NCBI GenBank assembly: GCA_044223005.1
Contig: JBGAML010000003.1
Coordinates: 128,001 to 192,000, forward strand
Direction of reading: 5' to 3'
Source of the DNA: Candidatus Eiseniibacteriota bacterium
GTDB taxonomy: Bacteria; Eisenbacteria; RBG-16-71-46
DNA length: 64,000 nucleotides
In this document: positions 53,697 to 63,999 of the stretch, piece by piece
How positions within the stretch are numbered: the stretch's first letter is position 1
How the letters are laid out: each line of letters begins with the position of its first letter
Program-made: the position numbers and the translations under genes
Notes under the pieces: model-generated
Seen by the model: the letters and a program-made list of their open reading frames with translations, nothing else
Told to the model about the DNA's origin: nothing
The model's database searches: none

Positions 53697-54451
53697 AGAT
53701 CACGCTGGTCACGATCTTTCCCGGATTCTTCCCGCCGGTGCTCGCGGACGGCATGATCCGCGTGGCGCGCGAGAAGAATCGCCTCGACGTCGAGATCGTG
53801 AACCTGCGCGACTTCACCGACGACGTGCACCAGACCGTGGACGATTCGCCGTTCGGCGGTGGCGCCGGCATGGTGATGAAGATCGAGCCCATCCACCGCG
53901 CGCTCCGCTCGCTCGCCGTGGGAACGAAGGACGAACGCCCCGCCGGCACGCGCGTCGTGCTCACGTCGCCGCAGGGGCCTGCATTCACGCAGCGCACCGC
54001 GATCGAGTGGGCGGTCCTGGACCACCTCGTGATCGTGTGCGGCCGCTACAAGGGCGTCGACGAACGCGTCGCCGAGCACCTGGTCGACGGCGAGTTCTCG
54101 GTCGGCGACTTCGTGCTCTCGGGCGGCGAGCCGGCCGCGCTCTGCGTGGTGGACGCGCTCGCGCGGCTGCAGCCCGACGTCGTGGGCAAGTTCGATTCGG
54201 CGGAAAGCGATTCCTTCCATTCGGGGCTGCTCGATTCGGCCTACTGGACGCGGCCCGCGGAGTACCAGGGGTGGCGCGTGCCGGACGTGCTGCTTTCGGG
54301 CAACCACGCCGAGATCGAGAAGGCCCGCCGCCGGCAGGCGCTGGAGCGCACGTGGGAACGCCGCCCGGACCTGCTGGAGGGTGCGGACCTGACGCGCGAG
54401 GAGCGCGCGTGGCTGCGCGCGCGGACGCGCGACGCGGAACCGCGCGCGTGA
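53693..54451 (+). CDS. trmD: tRNA (guanine37-N1)-methyltransferase
   Basis: VDD.PFGGGAGMVM, SPQG, CGRY.GVDER, S.GDFVLSGGE, VPDVLLSGNH. Confidence 0.97.
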   Translation: MKITLVTIFPGFFPPVLADGMIRVAREKNRLDVEIVNLRDFTDDVHQTVDDSPFGGGAGMVMKIEPIHRALRSLAVGTKDERPAGTRVVLTSPQGPAFTQRTAIEWAVLDHLVIVCGRYKGVDERVAEHLVDGEFSVGDFVLSGGEPAALCVVDALARLQPDVVGKFDSAESDSFHSGLLDSAYWTRPAEYQGWRVPDVLLSGNHAEIEKARRRQALERTWERRPDLLEGADLTREERAWLRARTRDAEPRA

Positions 54452-55653
54452 GCGTTCCCGCGACGGCGCGTTCGCCCGGCGCGCTCGGCACCGCGGCCGC
54501 GTGGGCGTTCGCGCTGCTCTTCGTCACGCTCCCGGGGCCGATCGCGCCCATGGGCATCGCGACCGGGCTCTGCGTGGTGACGACACTGGCGCTCGTCGCG
54601 ACACGCCACGAGCGCTGGCCGCGCACGCCGGTCGATCGCGCGATGCTCGGCTGGGCGCTCGCGCTGCTGCTGTCGGCGCTCTTCGCCCAGGACCGCGCGG
54701 CGAGCCTGCCGCGGCTCACCAAGGCGCTGTTCCCGTTGCTCGCGGGGGTCGCGACGCTGCGGGCGCGGAACGTACGCGACGCCGAACGCGCGCTCGCCGC
54801 GTGGTTCGCGGCCACGGCGGCCGTCGCGGTGTGGGGCACGGGCGTGTGGGTGATGCACGGCGCGAGCTTCGCGCAGCGCGCCCGCGGGCTCTCGGGCCAC
54901 TACATGACGTTCGCCGGCCAGCTCTCGCTCATGCTCCCGGTCGCGATCGCGATCGCGGTGCGCGACCGCCGGCCCGCGTGGCGGATCGGTTCCGGCCTGG
55001 CGGCGCTGCTGGCGCTGGTGGCGCTGGGCGCGACGTTCACGCGCAGCGCGTGGATCGCGTTCGTGGTTTCGTGCGCGGTGATCGCGGGCTTCACGTGGCC
55101 GCTCGCGCTGATCGTACTGGCCGTGGTCGTGGGCGGGGTGTTCGCGTTCGCGCCCGGCAGCGTGGGCGCGCGGCTCCGCAGCGTCTTCGATCCGCACAAT
55201 CCGTGGAACCAGCAGCGCGTCTACATGTGGGACGCGGGGCTCCGCATGTTCCGCGACCACCCGTGGACGGGCGTCGGCCTGCAGGACCTTCACCGGCTCT
55301 ACGACCAGTACCGCCTGCCCCAGGCGACCGAGCGCGCGGGGCACCTGCACAACGTCATCGTCCAGGTCGCGGCGCAGATGGGCGCGATCGGGCTCGCCGC
55401 GTTCGCGTGGCTCTACGGCTCGCTCGCGGGCTGCGCGGCGATCGGGCTGCCGGCGTCGCTCCGCCGCGGCGGCTTCGCAGGCGCGGTGCGGCTGGGCGCG
55501 CTCGCGGCGATCGTGGGCTTCCTCGTGGCCGGCTTCTTCGAGTGGAACTTCGGCGACGAGGAGCTGCTCTACGGCCTCTGGGCGCTCGCGGGCCTCGCGT
55601 GGGCCGCGAGCACGTGGGACGCGGAGACGCCGGACGCTCCGCGCGGGGAGTGA
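54448..55653 (+). CDS. O-antigen ligase family protein
   Basis: Multi-TM; RA.G...H, TFTRSAW, R.YMW......F.DHP..GVG, HLHN...Q.AA..G..G. Confidence 0.88.
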   Translation: MSVPATARSPGALGTAAAWAFALLFVTLPGPIAPMGIATGLCVVTTLALVATRHERWPRTPVDRAMLGWALALLLSALFAQDRAASLPRLTKALFPLLAGVATLRARNVRDAERALAAWFAATAAVAVWGTGVWVMHGASFAQRARGLSGHYMTFAGQLSLMLPVAIAIAVRDRRPAWRIGSGLAALLALVALGATFTRSAWIAFVVSCAVIAGFTWPLALIVLAVVVGGVFAFAPGSVGARLRSVFDPHNPWNQQRVYMWDAGLRMFRDHPWTGVGLQDLHRLYDQYRLPQATERAGHLHNVIVQVAAQMGAIGLAAFAWLYGSLAGCAAIGLPASLRRGGFAGAVRLGALAAIVGFLVAGFFEWNFGDEELLYGLWALAGLAWAASTWDAETPDAPRGE

Positions 55654-55657
55654 TCCC

Positions 55658-56821
55658 ATGCGCGTCGCACTCGTCCATGACTGGCTGACCGGCATGCGCG
55701 GGGGCGAGCGCGTGCTCGAGCGCATCGCCCGCCTCTTTCCGGACGCGCCGATCTACACGCTCGTCTGGACGCGCGGCGGCGTGTCGGCGGAACTCGAGTC
55801 GCACCCGATCCGCACGTCGTTCCTGCAGCGCTTCCCGGACGCCGAGAAGCGCTACCGCTGGTACCTGCCGTTCTTCCCGCGCGCGATCGAATCGTTCGAC
55901 CTCTCGGGCTTCGACGCGGTGATCTCGACGAGCCACGCGGTCGCCAAGGGCGTGCGCACCGGGCCGGACACCTTCCACCTGAGCTACGTGCACACGCCCA
56001 TGCGCTACGTGTGGGACCTCGAGAACGAGTACTTCCCGCCGGGAAAGTTCGGCTGGCCGCTGGATGCGTACGTGCACGCGACGTGCGCGAACCTGCGCGC
56101 GTGGGACCGCGCGACCGCGAACCGGCCGCACGTGCTGCTCGCCAACTCCGCGCACGTGGCGGCGCGCATCCGCCGCCACTGGGGCCGCGCCGCCGAGGTG
56201 CTGCATCCGCCGATCGACGTCGAGCGCTTCCGTCTCGCGGACATGCCCCGCGAGCGCTACCTGCTGGCGGGCGCGTTCGCGCCCTACAAGCGCGCGGACC
56301 TCGCGCTGGAAGCCTGCAAGGTGCTCGGCCGTCCGGTGCGCGTCGCGGGCAGCGGGCAGGAGCGCGAGCGGCTCGAACGCCTCGCGCCCGCGGGCACGGA
56401 GTTCCTGGGCTGGCTGGGCGACGACGCGCTCTCGCGCCTCTACGAAGGCGGGCGCGCGCTGCTGTTCCCGGGCGAGGAGGACTTCGGGATGATGCCGGTC
56501 GAGGCCATGGCGAGCGGTACGCCGGTGATCGCCTACGGCCGCGGCGGCGCACTCGAGACCGTGGGCCTCGGCGCGAGCGCCGAAGCCCTCGCGACGGTCG
56601 CGGCTGGCGGCGCGGCGCGCGTGCCGGGTGGCGTCCTGTTCGGCACGCAGACGGCGGACGGCCTCGCGGACGCGATGCGGCTCTTCGAGCGCGAAACGTT
56701 CGATCCCGCCGCACTGCGCCGGCTCGCCCAGCCGTTCGCGGGCGAGCACTTCGACGCGGGCTTCCGGCGCGCGTTCGAGCGCGGGCTCGAGTCCTGGCAG
56801 GCGGCGCGGCGGCGCGCGTGA
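55658..56821 (+). CDS. Glycosyltransferase family 4 (WbaZ-like)
   Basis: VALVHDWL....GGERVL, HTPMRY.WD, YKR.DL, EEDFG..PVEA.A.G.PVIAY..GG..ETV. Confidence 0.93.
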   Translation: MRVALVHDWLTGMRGGERVLERIARLFPDAPIYTLVWTRGGVSAELESHPIRTSFLQRFPDAEKRYRWYLPFFPRAIESFDLSGFDAVISTSHAVAKGVRTGPDTFHLSYVHTPMRYVWDLENEYFPPGKFGWPLDAYVHATCANLRAWDRATANRPHVLLANSAHVAARIRRHWGRAAEVLHPPIDVERFRLADMPRERYLLAGAFAPYKRADLALEACKVLGRPVRVAGSGQERERLERLAPAGTEFLGWLGDDALSRLYEGGRALLFPGEEDFGMMPVEAMASGTPVIAYGRGGALETVGLGASAEALATVAAGGAARVPGGVLFGTQTADGLADAMRLFERETFDPAALRRLAQPFAGEHFDAGFRRAFERGLESWQAARRRA

Positions 56822-56831
56822 GCCGGGGGCT

Positions 56832-57848
56832 TCAGCGCCCGGCGATCGCGTCCGCGTAGACGCGCTCGGTCGCCTCGGCGATCGCCGCCCACTCGTAGGC
56901 GCGCGGCAGTCCCGCCGCGGGACGCGCCGGCTTCGCCGCGACGAGCCGCGCGAGCGCCTCGCGCCACGCGCCTGCCTCGGGCGCGACGATCTCGCCGTTC
57001 TCGCGCGGCCGCACGATCTCCGGGGCGTTGCCCACGTCGTGCGCGAGCGTGTAGAGCCGGTTCGCGAGCATCTCGAGCAGCGCGACGCTGCAGCCCTCGT
57101 ACCACGACGGCAGAGCGCCCATGTCGGCCGCGTGGATCCAGTCGACGACGCCGGCGTGCGGCAGTGGGCCGGTCACGAGCCGGCCGGGCGAGCGTTCGGT
57201 GGCGCGGCCGCCGACGGTGACCCAGAGCGCGTTCGCGTGCTCCGCGCGCACGGCGTCCCACGCGCGGCCGAGCAGACCGTACCCCTTCACGAAGTCGTCG
57301 CGCCCGATCGTGAGCAGTACGACCGTGTCTTCCGGCACGCCCCAGCGCGCGCGCACGGCGGCGCGGTCCGCGACCGGTGCCGCCGGCGTGACGCCGTTGC
57401 TGATCACGGTGGCGCGCGCCGGATCGAGCCCGTGCCAGCGCGCGAAGTCGCGGCGCACCCGTTCGGCCACCGCGATCAGCCGCCCGCGCCGGTGCGCGAG
57501 CGCGCGTTCCGCGGCGACGGCGCGCCAGTTGGGGAGGTTGGCCAGCGTCTGCAGGCGGCCGATGCGCACGTAGGTCGCCATCTTGGCGGCGACGCAGAAG
57601 TGCAGTGTGCCGACGAAGGCCTTCGCGTCGCGCAGCATCGGCGGGAATGCGCCGCCGTGGTGGTGCACGACGTCATACCGCGCGAGTTCGGGCCGCTCGA
57701 CCACCGGGAAGGGGAGCGGCTTCGACGCCTGGCCCATCAGCTCGACCGCGTGGCCGCGCGCCACGAGGTGCGCCGCGAGCTCGCGCAGGTGCGTCTCGAG
57801 CCCGCCGGGCAGCGAGACGTCGACCTCGCTCTGCAGCAGGATCCTCAC
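56832..57848 (-). CDS. Glycosyltransferase family 4
   Basis: GGLETH, VI.NGV, GR....KG, LPS.YEG....LLE. Confidence 0.85.
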   Translation of the reverse strand: MRILLQSEVDVSLPGGLETHLRELAAHLVARGHAVELMGQASKPLPFPVVERPELARYDVVHHHGGAFPPMLRDAKAFVGTLHFCVAAKMATYVRIGRLQTLANLPNWRAVAAERALAHRRGRLIAVAERVRRDFARWHGLDPARATVISNGVTPAAPVADRAAVRARWGVPEDTVVLLTIGRDDFVKGYGLLGRAWDAVRAEHANALWVTVGGRATERSPGRLVTGPLPHAGVVDWIHAADMGALPSWYEGCSVALLEMLANRLYTLAHDVGNAPEIVRPRENGEIVAPEAGAWREALARLVAAKPARPAAGLPRAYEWAAIAEATERVYADAIAGR

Positions 57849-58807
57849 GCCGCACCTCGCGCCGCCCGCCGCGCGCGGCCCGTGAACGCGACGGGCCACG
57901 AGAGCGCCCACCAGGTGAACGCAGCGCGGCGGGACCGCAGCACCCGGCTCGCCCGCGCGAGCACGGCGCGCGCCTCGCGGACACGGCCCTCGCGCACGAG
58001 CAGCTCGCCGAGTACGAGGTCCACGCGGTCGGCGCGCGGGTACTCGGCGAGGAACGCCTCGGCGCTCGCGGCGCGCTCGAGGATCGCGATGCCGTCGACG
58101 CCGCGCTCGCGGCGCTCCTCGGCGAACGCGCGCGCGATCGCCGCGTGCAGCAGCTGCTGGTCGCGCGCCCGCGCGAACACGCCGCCCGGGTGGGCGCGCC
58201 ACTGGTAGAGCGGCTCGGGCAGGTTGGCGAGCCCGGCGTCCGCCGGGAAGCGCAGCCAGAGGTCGTAGTCCTGCGAGGCGCGGAATGCCTTGCGATAGCC
58301 GCCCGCGCGCTCGTACGCCGCGCGCCGCATCACCACCGAGCCGTGGACGAACGGCGTCGCGCGCGCGAGGCGGCGGCGGATCGCCGCGGGCTCGGTGAGC
58401 ACGGGTTCGGTGCCGGTGAGGGCGCCGGCCGCGTCGATCACCTCCGCGGCGGTGCCGAGCAGTGCGATCTCCGGATGCGCGTCGAGGAACGCGAGCTGCT
58501 TCGCGAGCCGGTCGGGGTGCGAGACGTCGTCGTCGTCCTGGCGCGCGAGCAGCTCTCCGCGCGCCTCCGATGCCGCGAGCGCGAGCGCCCCCGCCAGGCC
58601 GATCCCTTCGGTGCGCAGCACGCGCACCTCCGGATGGGCCGCGGCATGCGCCGCCAGCAGCGCGTGCGTGCCGTCGGTCGAGCCGTCGTCCACCGCGACC
58701 AGTTCCGCGCCGGGCAGCGTCTGGCGCGCGAGGCTCGCGAGCGACGCGGCGAGATGGCGCTCGCCGTTCCGGCTCGCGAGCAGCACCGAGACGCGAGGGG
58801 CGCTCAC
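57845..58807 (-). CDS. Glycosyltransferase family 2
   Basis: VSVL....NG, VDDGSTDGT, ARQDDDD.S.P.RL..Q, H.SV..R, QDYDLWLR. Confidence 0.92.
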   Translation of the reverse strand: MSAPRVSVLLASRNGERHLAASLASLARQTLPGAELVAVDDGSTDGTHALLAAHAAAHPEVRVLRTEGIGLAGALALAASEARGELLARQDDDDVSHPDRLAKQLAFLDAHPEIALLGTAAEVIDAAGALTGTEPVLTEPAAIRRRLARATPFVHGSVVMRRAAYERAGGYRKAFRASQDYDLWLRFPADAGLANLPEPLYQWRAHPGGVFARARDQQLLHAAIARAFAEERRERGVDGIAILERAASAEAFLAEYPRADRVDLVLGELLVREGRVREARAVLARASRVLRSRRAAFTWWALSWPVAFTGRARRAARGAA

Positions 58808-60639
58808 GCGTCCACGCTCACGCCGTATTCGCGCGCCCAGCGTTCGAGCGCCGCGAGGCCGAAGAGCCGGTAGGTCGCGAGCCCGTCGCTGTTTCCCGCG
58901 CCGAAGCGTTCGACCTCGGCGCGCAGCGCACCGGGCCGGAAGAGCGTGCCGGTCGCCTGCGGATCGAGCAGCAGGCCCTCGAGCCACGGGCGAAGCCGTC
59001 CGCGCAGCCACTCGGCGAGCGGCAGCTGGAAGCCGATCTTGCGCGCGGCGAGCGGCGCCGCGGGCAGCCGGTCGCGCACGAGCCGGCGCAGGAGCGGCTT
59101 GGTCGCGAACGCCGACGCGCGGTGCGCGGCGGGCAGCCGGCCCACGTGCTCGAACAACCGGTGCTCGAGCAGCGGCGAGCGGTTCTCGAGCGCGAAGCGC
59201 ATCGACGCGACGTCCACCTTCACGAGCAGGTCGTCGGGCAGGTAGGTGCCCGTGTCCCACGCGAACATCGCCGTGGTGAGATCGCTCGCGGACGTGGCCG
59301 CCGCAGCGGACGCCGCCGCCGGCCCGAGCAGCGCGTCCAGGTGCGCGGGCGAGGCGATCGCGCCCTGCTCGCGCGCGGCCGCGGCCGGGCCTTCGCGCTC
59401 GTACACCTCGATCGTGCGCCGCGCGTGCGGCGCATGCCGGGCCATGCGCTTCAGGGCTTCGAGCCCGCCGGGCCAGCGCGCGGCGAGGTCGATGCGGCGC
59501 GCGAGCCGGTAGCGCGTGTAGCCGCCGAACAGCTCGTCGCCGCCGTCGCCGTTCAGGATCACCTTCACGTGCTGCGCGGCCTCGCGGGCGATCAGCGCGG
59601 TCGTGACCACGGCGCTGTCGCCCAGCGGTTCGCCGAAGTGGGCGAGCGTCGCGTCGATCGAGTCCTCGATGCCGGCCTCCAGCACCAGCTCCGTGTGCTC
59701 GGCGCCGAAACGCGCCGCGGACTCGCGGGCGATCGCGCGCTCGTCGGGCAGGCCCGCGAAGCCGATCGTGAACGTGCGGATGGGCGAGTGCCCGATCGCG
59801 CGGAGGCGTTCGAGCACGGTGGTCGAGTCCACGCCGCCGCTCAGGAACACGCCGATCGGTACGTCGCTCACCGTGCGCAGCCGCGTCGCCTCGGTGAGCT
59901 CGGCGTCCAGCTGCTCGAACCACGCGGCGTCGGCGCGCTGCACCGGGTCGGGTTCGGGCAGGCGCCACCAGCGCTCGGGCTCGGCGGTGCGGCCCGCGGC
60001 GCCGGCGCGCACGAGCATGCGATGGCCCGCGGGGAGCTTGTGCATCCCGGCGACCAGCGTGTGCGGTGCGGGCACGTAGAGGAAGCGCACGTAGTCGCGC
60101 AGCCGCTCGCGGTCGAGCCGCGCGCGCACGAACGGCAGCCGCAGCAGAGCGCGCGCCTCGGACGCGAACGCGAGCCACTCGTCGGTGCGGATCCAGACCA
60201 GCGGCTTCTTGCCGAGGCGGTCACGCGCGAGCAGCAGCTCGCCGCGCGTGCGGTCCCAGAGCCCGAACGCGAACATGCCACGCGCCGCGTGCAGCCCGTC
60301 GGCGCCGCGGTGCGCGAGCAGTTCGACCAGCACCTCGGTGTCGGATCGCGAGCGCAGCGCGACGCCGTCGGCGGCGAGCGCGCGGCCGACCTCGGCGTGG
60401 TTGTAGATCTCGCCGTTCTGCACGATCTGGAAACGGCCGTCGCCCGACGCCATGGGCTGGTGCCCCGCGGCGCTCGTGTCGATGATCGACAGCCGCCGGT
60501 GCGCGAGCACGATCCGCTCGTCCGCGTAGACGCCGTGGTCGTCGGGGCCGCGGTGCGCGAGGCCGTCCGTCAGCAGCCGGCCCCACGCGGGGTCGGGCGA
60601 ACGTTCGCCGAGCGCCAGGACGCCGCCGATTCCGCACAT
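58804..60639 (-). CDS. asnB: Asparagine synthase (glutamine-hydrolysing) family amidotransferase, polysaccharide-associated
   Basis: MCGI.G, HRGPD, H.RLSIID, NGEIYN, RDRLG.KPL, FLSGG.DS, GDGGDELFGGY, KVD..SM..LE.R.P. Confidence 0.93.
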   Translation of the reverse strand: MCGIGGVLALGERSPDPAWGRLLTDGLAHRGPDDHGVYADERIVLAHRRLSIIDTSAAGHQPMASGDGRFQIVQNGEIYNHAEVGRALAADGVALRSRSDTEVLVELLAHRGADGLHAARGMFAFGLWDRTRGELLLARDRLGKKPLVWIRTDEWLAFASEARALLRLPFVRARLDRERLRDYVRFLYVPAPHTLVAGMHKLPAGHRMLVRAGAAGRTAEPERWWRLPEPDPVQRADAAWFEQLDAELTEATRLRTVSDVPIGVFLSGGVDSTTVLERLRAIGHSPIRTFTIGFAGLPDERAIARESAARFGAEHTELVLEAGIEDSIDATLAHFGEPLGDSAVVTTALIAREAAQHVKVILNGDGGDELFGGYTRYRLARRIDLAARWPGGLEALKRMARHAPHARRTIEVYEREGPAAAAREQGAIASPAHLDALLGPAAASAAAATSASDLTTAMFAWDTGTYLPDDLLVKVDVASMRFALENRSPLLEHRLFEHVGRLPAAHRASAFATKPLLRRLVRDRLPAAPLAARKIGFQLPLAEWLRGRLRPWLEGLLLDPQATGTLFRPGALRAEVERFGAGNSDGLATYRLFGLAALERWAREYGVSVDA

Positions 60640-60868
60640 GGTCAGCGGTTCTCCCCGTGAGTGGCGTGCGCTCGCGGTGCGAGGGGGCGGAGGGCGTTCT
60701 CCGATCCCCGGCGAAGGATCGTGGGCGGCATCGGGCTCCGGTGGCGGGATGGACGCGCGAAGGGCGCGAGGGCGGCACTATAGCACGCGTTCGCGGGCGC
60801 TCCGGGCGGTGTGCCGGAACGTCCGCGGCGATTGACACCACCGCGAGCGGCCCCGAGACTGCGCGGCC

Positions 60869-62230
60869 ATGTCCGAACCGCGTCTCGCCGTGTGGAAGAG
60901 CCGGGCCCTGCGGCTGTGGCTCGCCGCAGGGACGCCGGTGGTCGGCGCCCTCGGCAGCGTGGCCCGCAACAAGTGGCTCGCGTTGCACCTCGATCCGGCG
61001 GGCCTGGGCGTGCTCGGGCAGGTGGTCGCGGGGCAGACCTGGCTCGGCACGCTGACCGGCCTCGGGCTCGCCGTGCCGGTGGCGCGCAGCATCGGCGCGG
61101 CGCTTGCGCGCGACGACGCCGAGGCCGTGCGCCGCACGTTCGCGACCGCGCGCCGCATGATCGGCGTGACCACGCTGGTCGCGGCAGCGCTCGGGCTCGC
61201 GTTCGCGCCGTGGGCGAGCCTCGCGCTCTTCGGGACGGCCGAGCACGCAGGGCTCGTGCGGATCTCGATGCTCGCGGTGGTCGGGCTCGGGCACCAGGCG
61301 CTCCTCAACGGCCTCTTCGCCGGGCACTCGGACGTGAAGACGCCGTTCACGTACGCCGTCGCGGGCGCCGTGGTCATGGTCGGCGCCGCGCTGCTGCTCG
61401 TGCCGCGCTTCGCGATCGGCGGCGCGGTCTGGAGCGTGAGCCTCTTCTGGCCCGCCGCGATCGCGGTGTCGCTGCTCGTGCACGGCGGCCGGTATCGCGC
61501 CGCGTTCGCGCGCCCGGCGGGCCCGTCGTTCGATCCCGCCGAGGCGCGCGCGATGCTCGGCGTCGCGATGGCCTCGCTCGCGCTGGGGCTCGCCGATCTC
61601 GGGACGCTGCTCGTGCTGCGCTCGCACTACGTGCGCATCGCCGGGCTCGCCGCCAACGGATTGCTGCAGGCGTCGCTCGGGCTCTCGCAGCAGCTCGGCT
61701 CGCTCATCTACGCGTACCTGTCGGCGTACGCATTCGGCCGCATCAGCGGCCAGCGCGACGTGGCCGGCGTGCGGCACTACACGCGGCTCAACTGGACGCC
61801 GCTCGTGGGGCTCGGCGCGCTCGGCTGCCTCGCGACCGGGCTGCTCGCGACGCCGCTGCTTCACCTGCTCTATTCGAGCCGGTTCGACGCGGCCGGCCCG
61901 ATGCTCGCGTGGATGCTCGCCGGCGAGTTCGGCAAGATCGGCGTGCAGGTGTGGGCGCTGGGCGCGCTGCCCGTGGGCGGCGTGCGGCTCTGGGTGCCGA
62001 TCGGCGTTTCGAGCGTACTCGGCACGCTGGCCGGCTACGCGGCCGCCGCGCACGCCGGGGCCGGCGTGCTGGCGTTGCCGCTGGCCTACGCCGCGGGCGC
62101 CGGCGTGTCGATGCTCGTGACCGGCGTGCTGATGAGCGCACGCGGCGTCACGCTGCGTCCGCGCGACCTCGCGCTCTGGCTCGCCGGCGCGGCGCTGCTC
62201 GTCGCGCTCGCGATCTCGAAGTCGCGCTGA
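60869..62230 (+). CDS. Wzx-like O-antigen/oligosaccharide flippase
   Basis: R.K.LA..L.P.G.G..GQ N-terminus, about 12 TM segments, LYS..F..A. Confidence 0.78.
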   Translation: MSEPRLAVWKSRALRLWLAAGTPVVGALGSVARNKWLALHLDPAGLGVLGQVVAGQTWLGTLTGLGLAVPVARSIGAALARDDAEAVRRTFATARRMIGVTTLVAAALGLAFAPWASLALFGTAEHAGLVRISMLAVVGLGHQALLNGLFAGHSDVKTPFTYAVAGAVVMVGAALLLVPRFAIGGAVWSVSLFWPAAIAVSLLVHGGRYRAAFARPAGPSFDPAEARAMLGVAMASLALGLADLGTLLVLRSHYVRIAGLAANGLLQASLGLSQQLGSLIYAYLSAYAFGRISGQRDVAGVRHYTRLNWTPLVGLGALGCLATGLLATPLLHLLYSSRFDAAGPMLAWMLAGEFGKIGVQVWALGALPVGGVRLWVPIGVSSVLGTLAGYAAAAHAGAGVLALPLAYAAGAGVSMLVTGVLMSARGVTLRPRDLALWLAGAALLVALAISKSR

Positions 62231-62233
62231 GCG

Positions 62234-63394
62234 TCAGCCGCGCGGCGCGAGCCCGCGGCGCGCCAGCTCCGCGAACAGCGCCTCGAAGCGGCGCTCCCAC
62301 GTGTGGTCGCGGCGCGCCCGCGCGTGCCCGGAGGCACGCACGCGTTCGCGCGCGGCGTCGTTCGCGAGGTAGAAGCGGCACTTGTCCACGAGCTCGGCGC
62401 GGTCGCGGTAGGTCTCGATCTCGCGGCCCAGTTCGTAGAGCTCGGCCAGCTCGGGCAGGTGGCCCGTCAGGTAGAAGCCGCCGGCCATGGTCGCCTCGAA
62501 CTCGCGCAGCCGCACCTGCCGCAGCGGCCGCAGCGTGCGGTGCGTGTCGCCCAGCACGAGGAAGCCGAGGTTGATCCGGCTGCGCGCGAACAGCGCCACG
62601 TACTCCGCGTCGTTCACGGGCCCGTGCAGCGCCGGCGCGTGCCGCTCGCGCAGCCGCTTCCATGCGTCGCGATCGGCCAGCGCCACCCACGGGCGCCGGC
62701 CGTTCAGGGCGTCGCGCACGAGCTTGGCCGCGGCCGCGAGCGGCCCCGCGGCCTCGGCGGCGCCCTGCGCGATCGCGCGCGTGCTCTCCCAGCCCTGGCC
62801 GAACGCATGCGCGTCGAGCCCGGCCTCGAGCAGCGCGAACATCAGCTGCGTGCGGTCGCCGTAGCGCTGGCCCGCGAACGTGATGCCGAGATCGGGCGTC
62901 ACGTCGCGCGGCGCGTACGCGAGCGGGTCGGCCGCCATGGGCCACCAGAGTGGCGTCGCGCCCGCGGCCGCGTAGCGCGCCATCGCCTCGCGCTCGGGCA
63001 CGAGGCAGAGGTCGAAGTGCTTCGCCGTGCGCTGCACCAGATGGAACTGGTGCACGTTGTTGCAGAAGAAGTTCACGACGGGCGCCACCGTGCGCCGCAG
63101 TTCGTCCAGCGCCGCGGGCTCGAAGTGGCAGTCGCTCACGTACGTGAACACGAAGTCGAGCGGCTTCTCGGCGTGCGCGGCGCGGATCGCCTCCAGGCAG
63201 CGCTGCGTGAAGCGCGCGCGCGGCTCGCGCGTGGACTCGGCAGCCGGGTCGAGATCGAAGAGCGGCTGCACGCCTTCGCCGTAGAGCACGACGTCGTGCC
63301 CCATGCGCACGAGTGGGTCGTGCAGGTTGGTCTTCCAGAGGCTCGAGGCGAAGGTGGGATTCGGGCTCGCCGCGAGAACCATGAACAGGCGCAT
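62234..63394 (-). CDS. CgeB-like glycosyltransferase (Glyco_trans_1_2)
   Basis: AADP, F.G..Y..R, S.INLGF, R.FEA...GGF.LT, EI..Y.D..EL.DK..FYL, DHTW..R. Confidence 0.85.
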   Translation of the reverse strand: MRLFMVLAASPNPTFASSLWKTNLHDPLVRMGHDVVLYGEGVQPLFDLDPAAESTREPRARFTQRCLEAIRAAHAEKPLDFVFTYVSDCHFEPAALDELRRTVAPVVNFFCNNVHQFHLVQRTAKHFDLCLVPEREAMARYAAAGATPLWWPMAADPLAYAPRDVTPDLGITFAGQRYGDRTQLMFALLEAGLDAHAFGQGWESTRAIAQGAAEAAGPLAAAAKLVRDALNGRRPWVALADRDAWKRLRERHAPALHGPVNDAEYVALFARSRINLGFLVLGDTHRTLRPLRQVRLREFEATMAGGFYLTGHLPELAELYELGREIETYRDRAELVDKCRFYLANDAARERVRASGHARARRDHTWERRFEALFAELARRGLAPRG

Positions 63395-63447
63395 GCAGCG
63401 TCACCGCGCGCGCGGCGGCCGCGGCGGAGCCCGCCGCGGCGCGCGCG

Positions 63448-63999
63448 TCAGCGGATGCCCTCGGCGATGCAGACGGGGTAGAAGTGGATCGTGTTCGGCA
63501 CGTGGCGAACCTGCGCGAAGCCGGCCTCGCGCAGCAGCCGCTCCAGTCGCGCCGGGCTGAAGCCGCTCCGGTGGAACGCGTACGCGTTCTTCTGGCTGCC
63601 GTAGACCAGGCGGTAGTACCAGTCCTTGGACGCCTCGTCCGGCTGCGCGAGCAGCTGGCGCGCGGTCTCCTCGAAGTCCGGCACGTCGACGTGGCAGACA
63701 CCGCCCGGCTTGAGCAGCGAATGCCAGTACTTCAGCACCCGCGGCACGTCGGGATAGGCGATGTGCTCGAGCACCTGCACCGTGCGGATCTCGTCCACCG
63801 TCCCGGGCTCGACCGGCAGTGCGTCCACCGCGCCGTAGCGGTCCACCACGCAGTACTGCGGGCGGCCGGGGCCCTTCTCGAGCGTGGCCTGCGATTCCTC
63901 GTTCTTGTAGTAGCGCTCGACCGTGGTGCGGTTGATCTCGGCGAGGTCGGGCCGCTCGCTCGCGAGGTACGAGTAGCCGGGCACCTCGACGTCGATGTT
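63448..63999 (-). CDS. Class I SAM-dependent methyltransferase (5' partial)
   Basis: NID at the window edge, VDEI....VLEH, W..LLKPGG...VDVPD, YG.Q.....H. Confidence 0.8.
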   Translation of the reverse strand, partial: NIDVEVPGYSYLASERPDLAEINRTTVERYYKNEESQATLEKGPGRPQYCVVDRYGAVDALPVEPGTVDEIRTVQVLEHIAYPDVPRVLKYWHSLLKPGGVCHVDVPDFEETARQLLAQPDEASKDWYYRLVYGSQKNAYAFHRSGFSPARLERLLREAGFAQVRHVPNTIHFYPVCIAEGIR

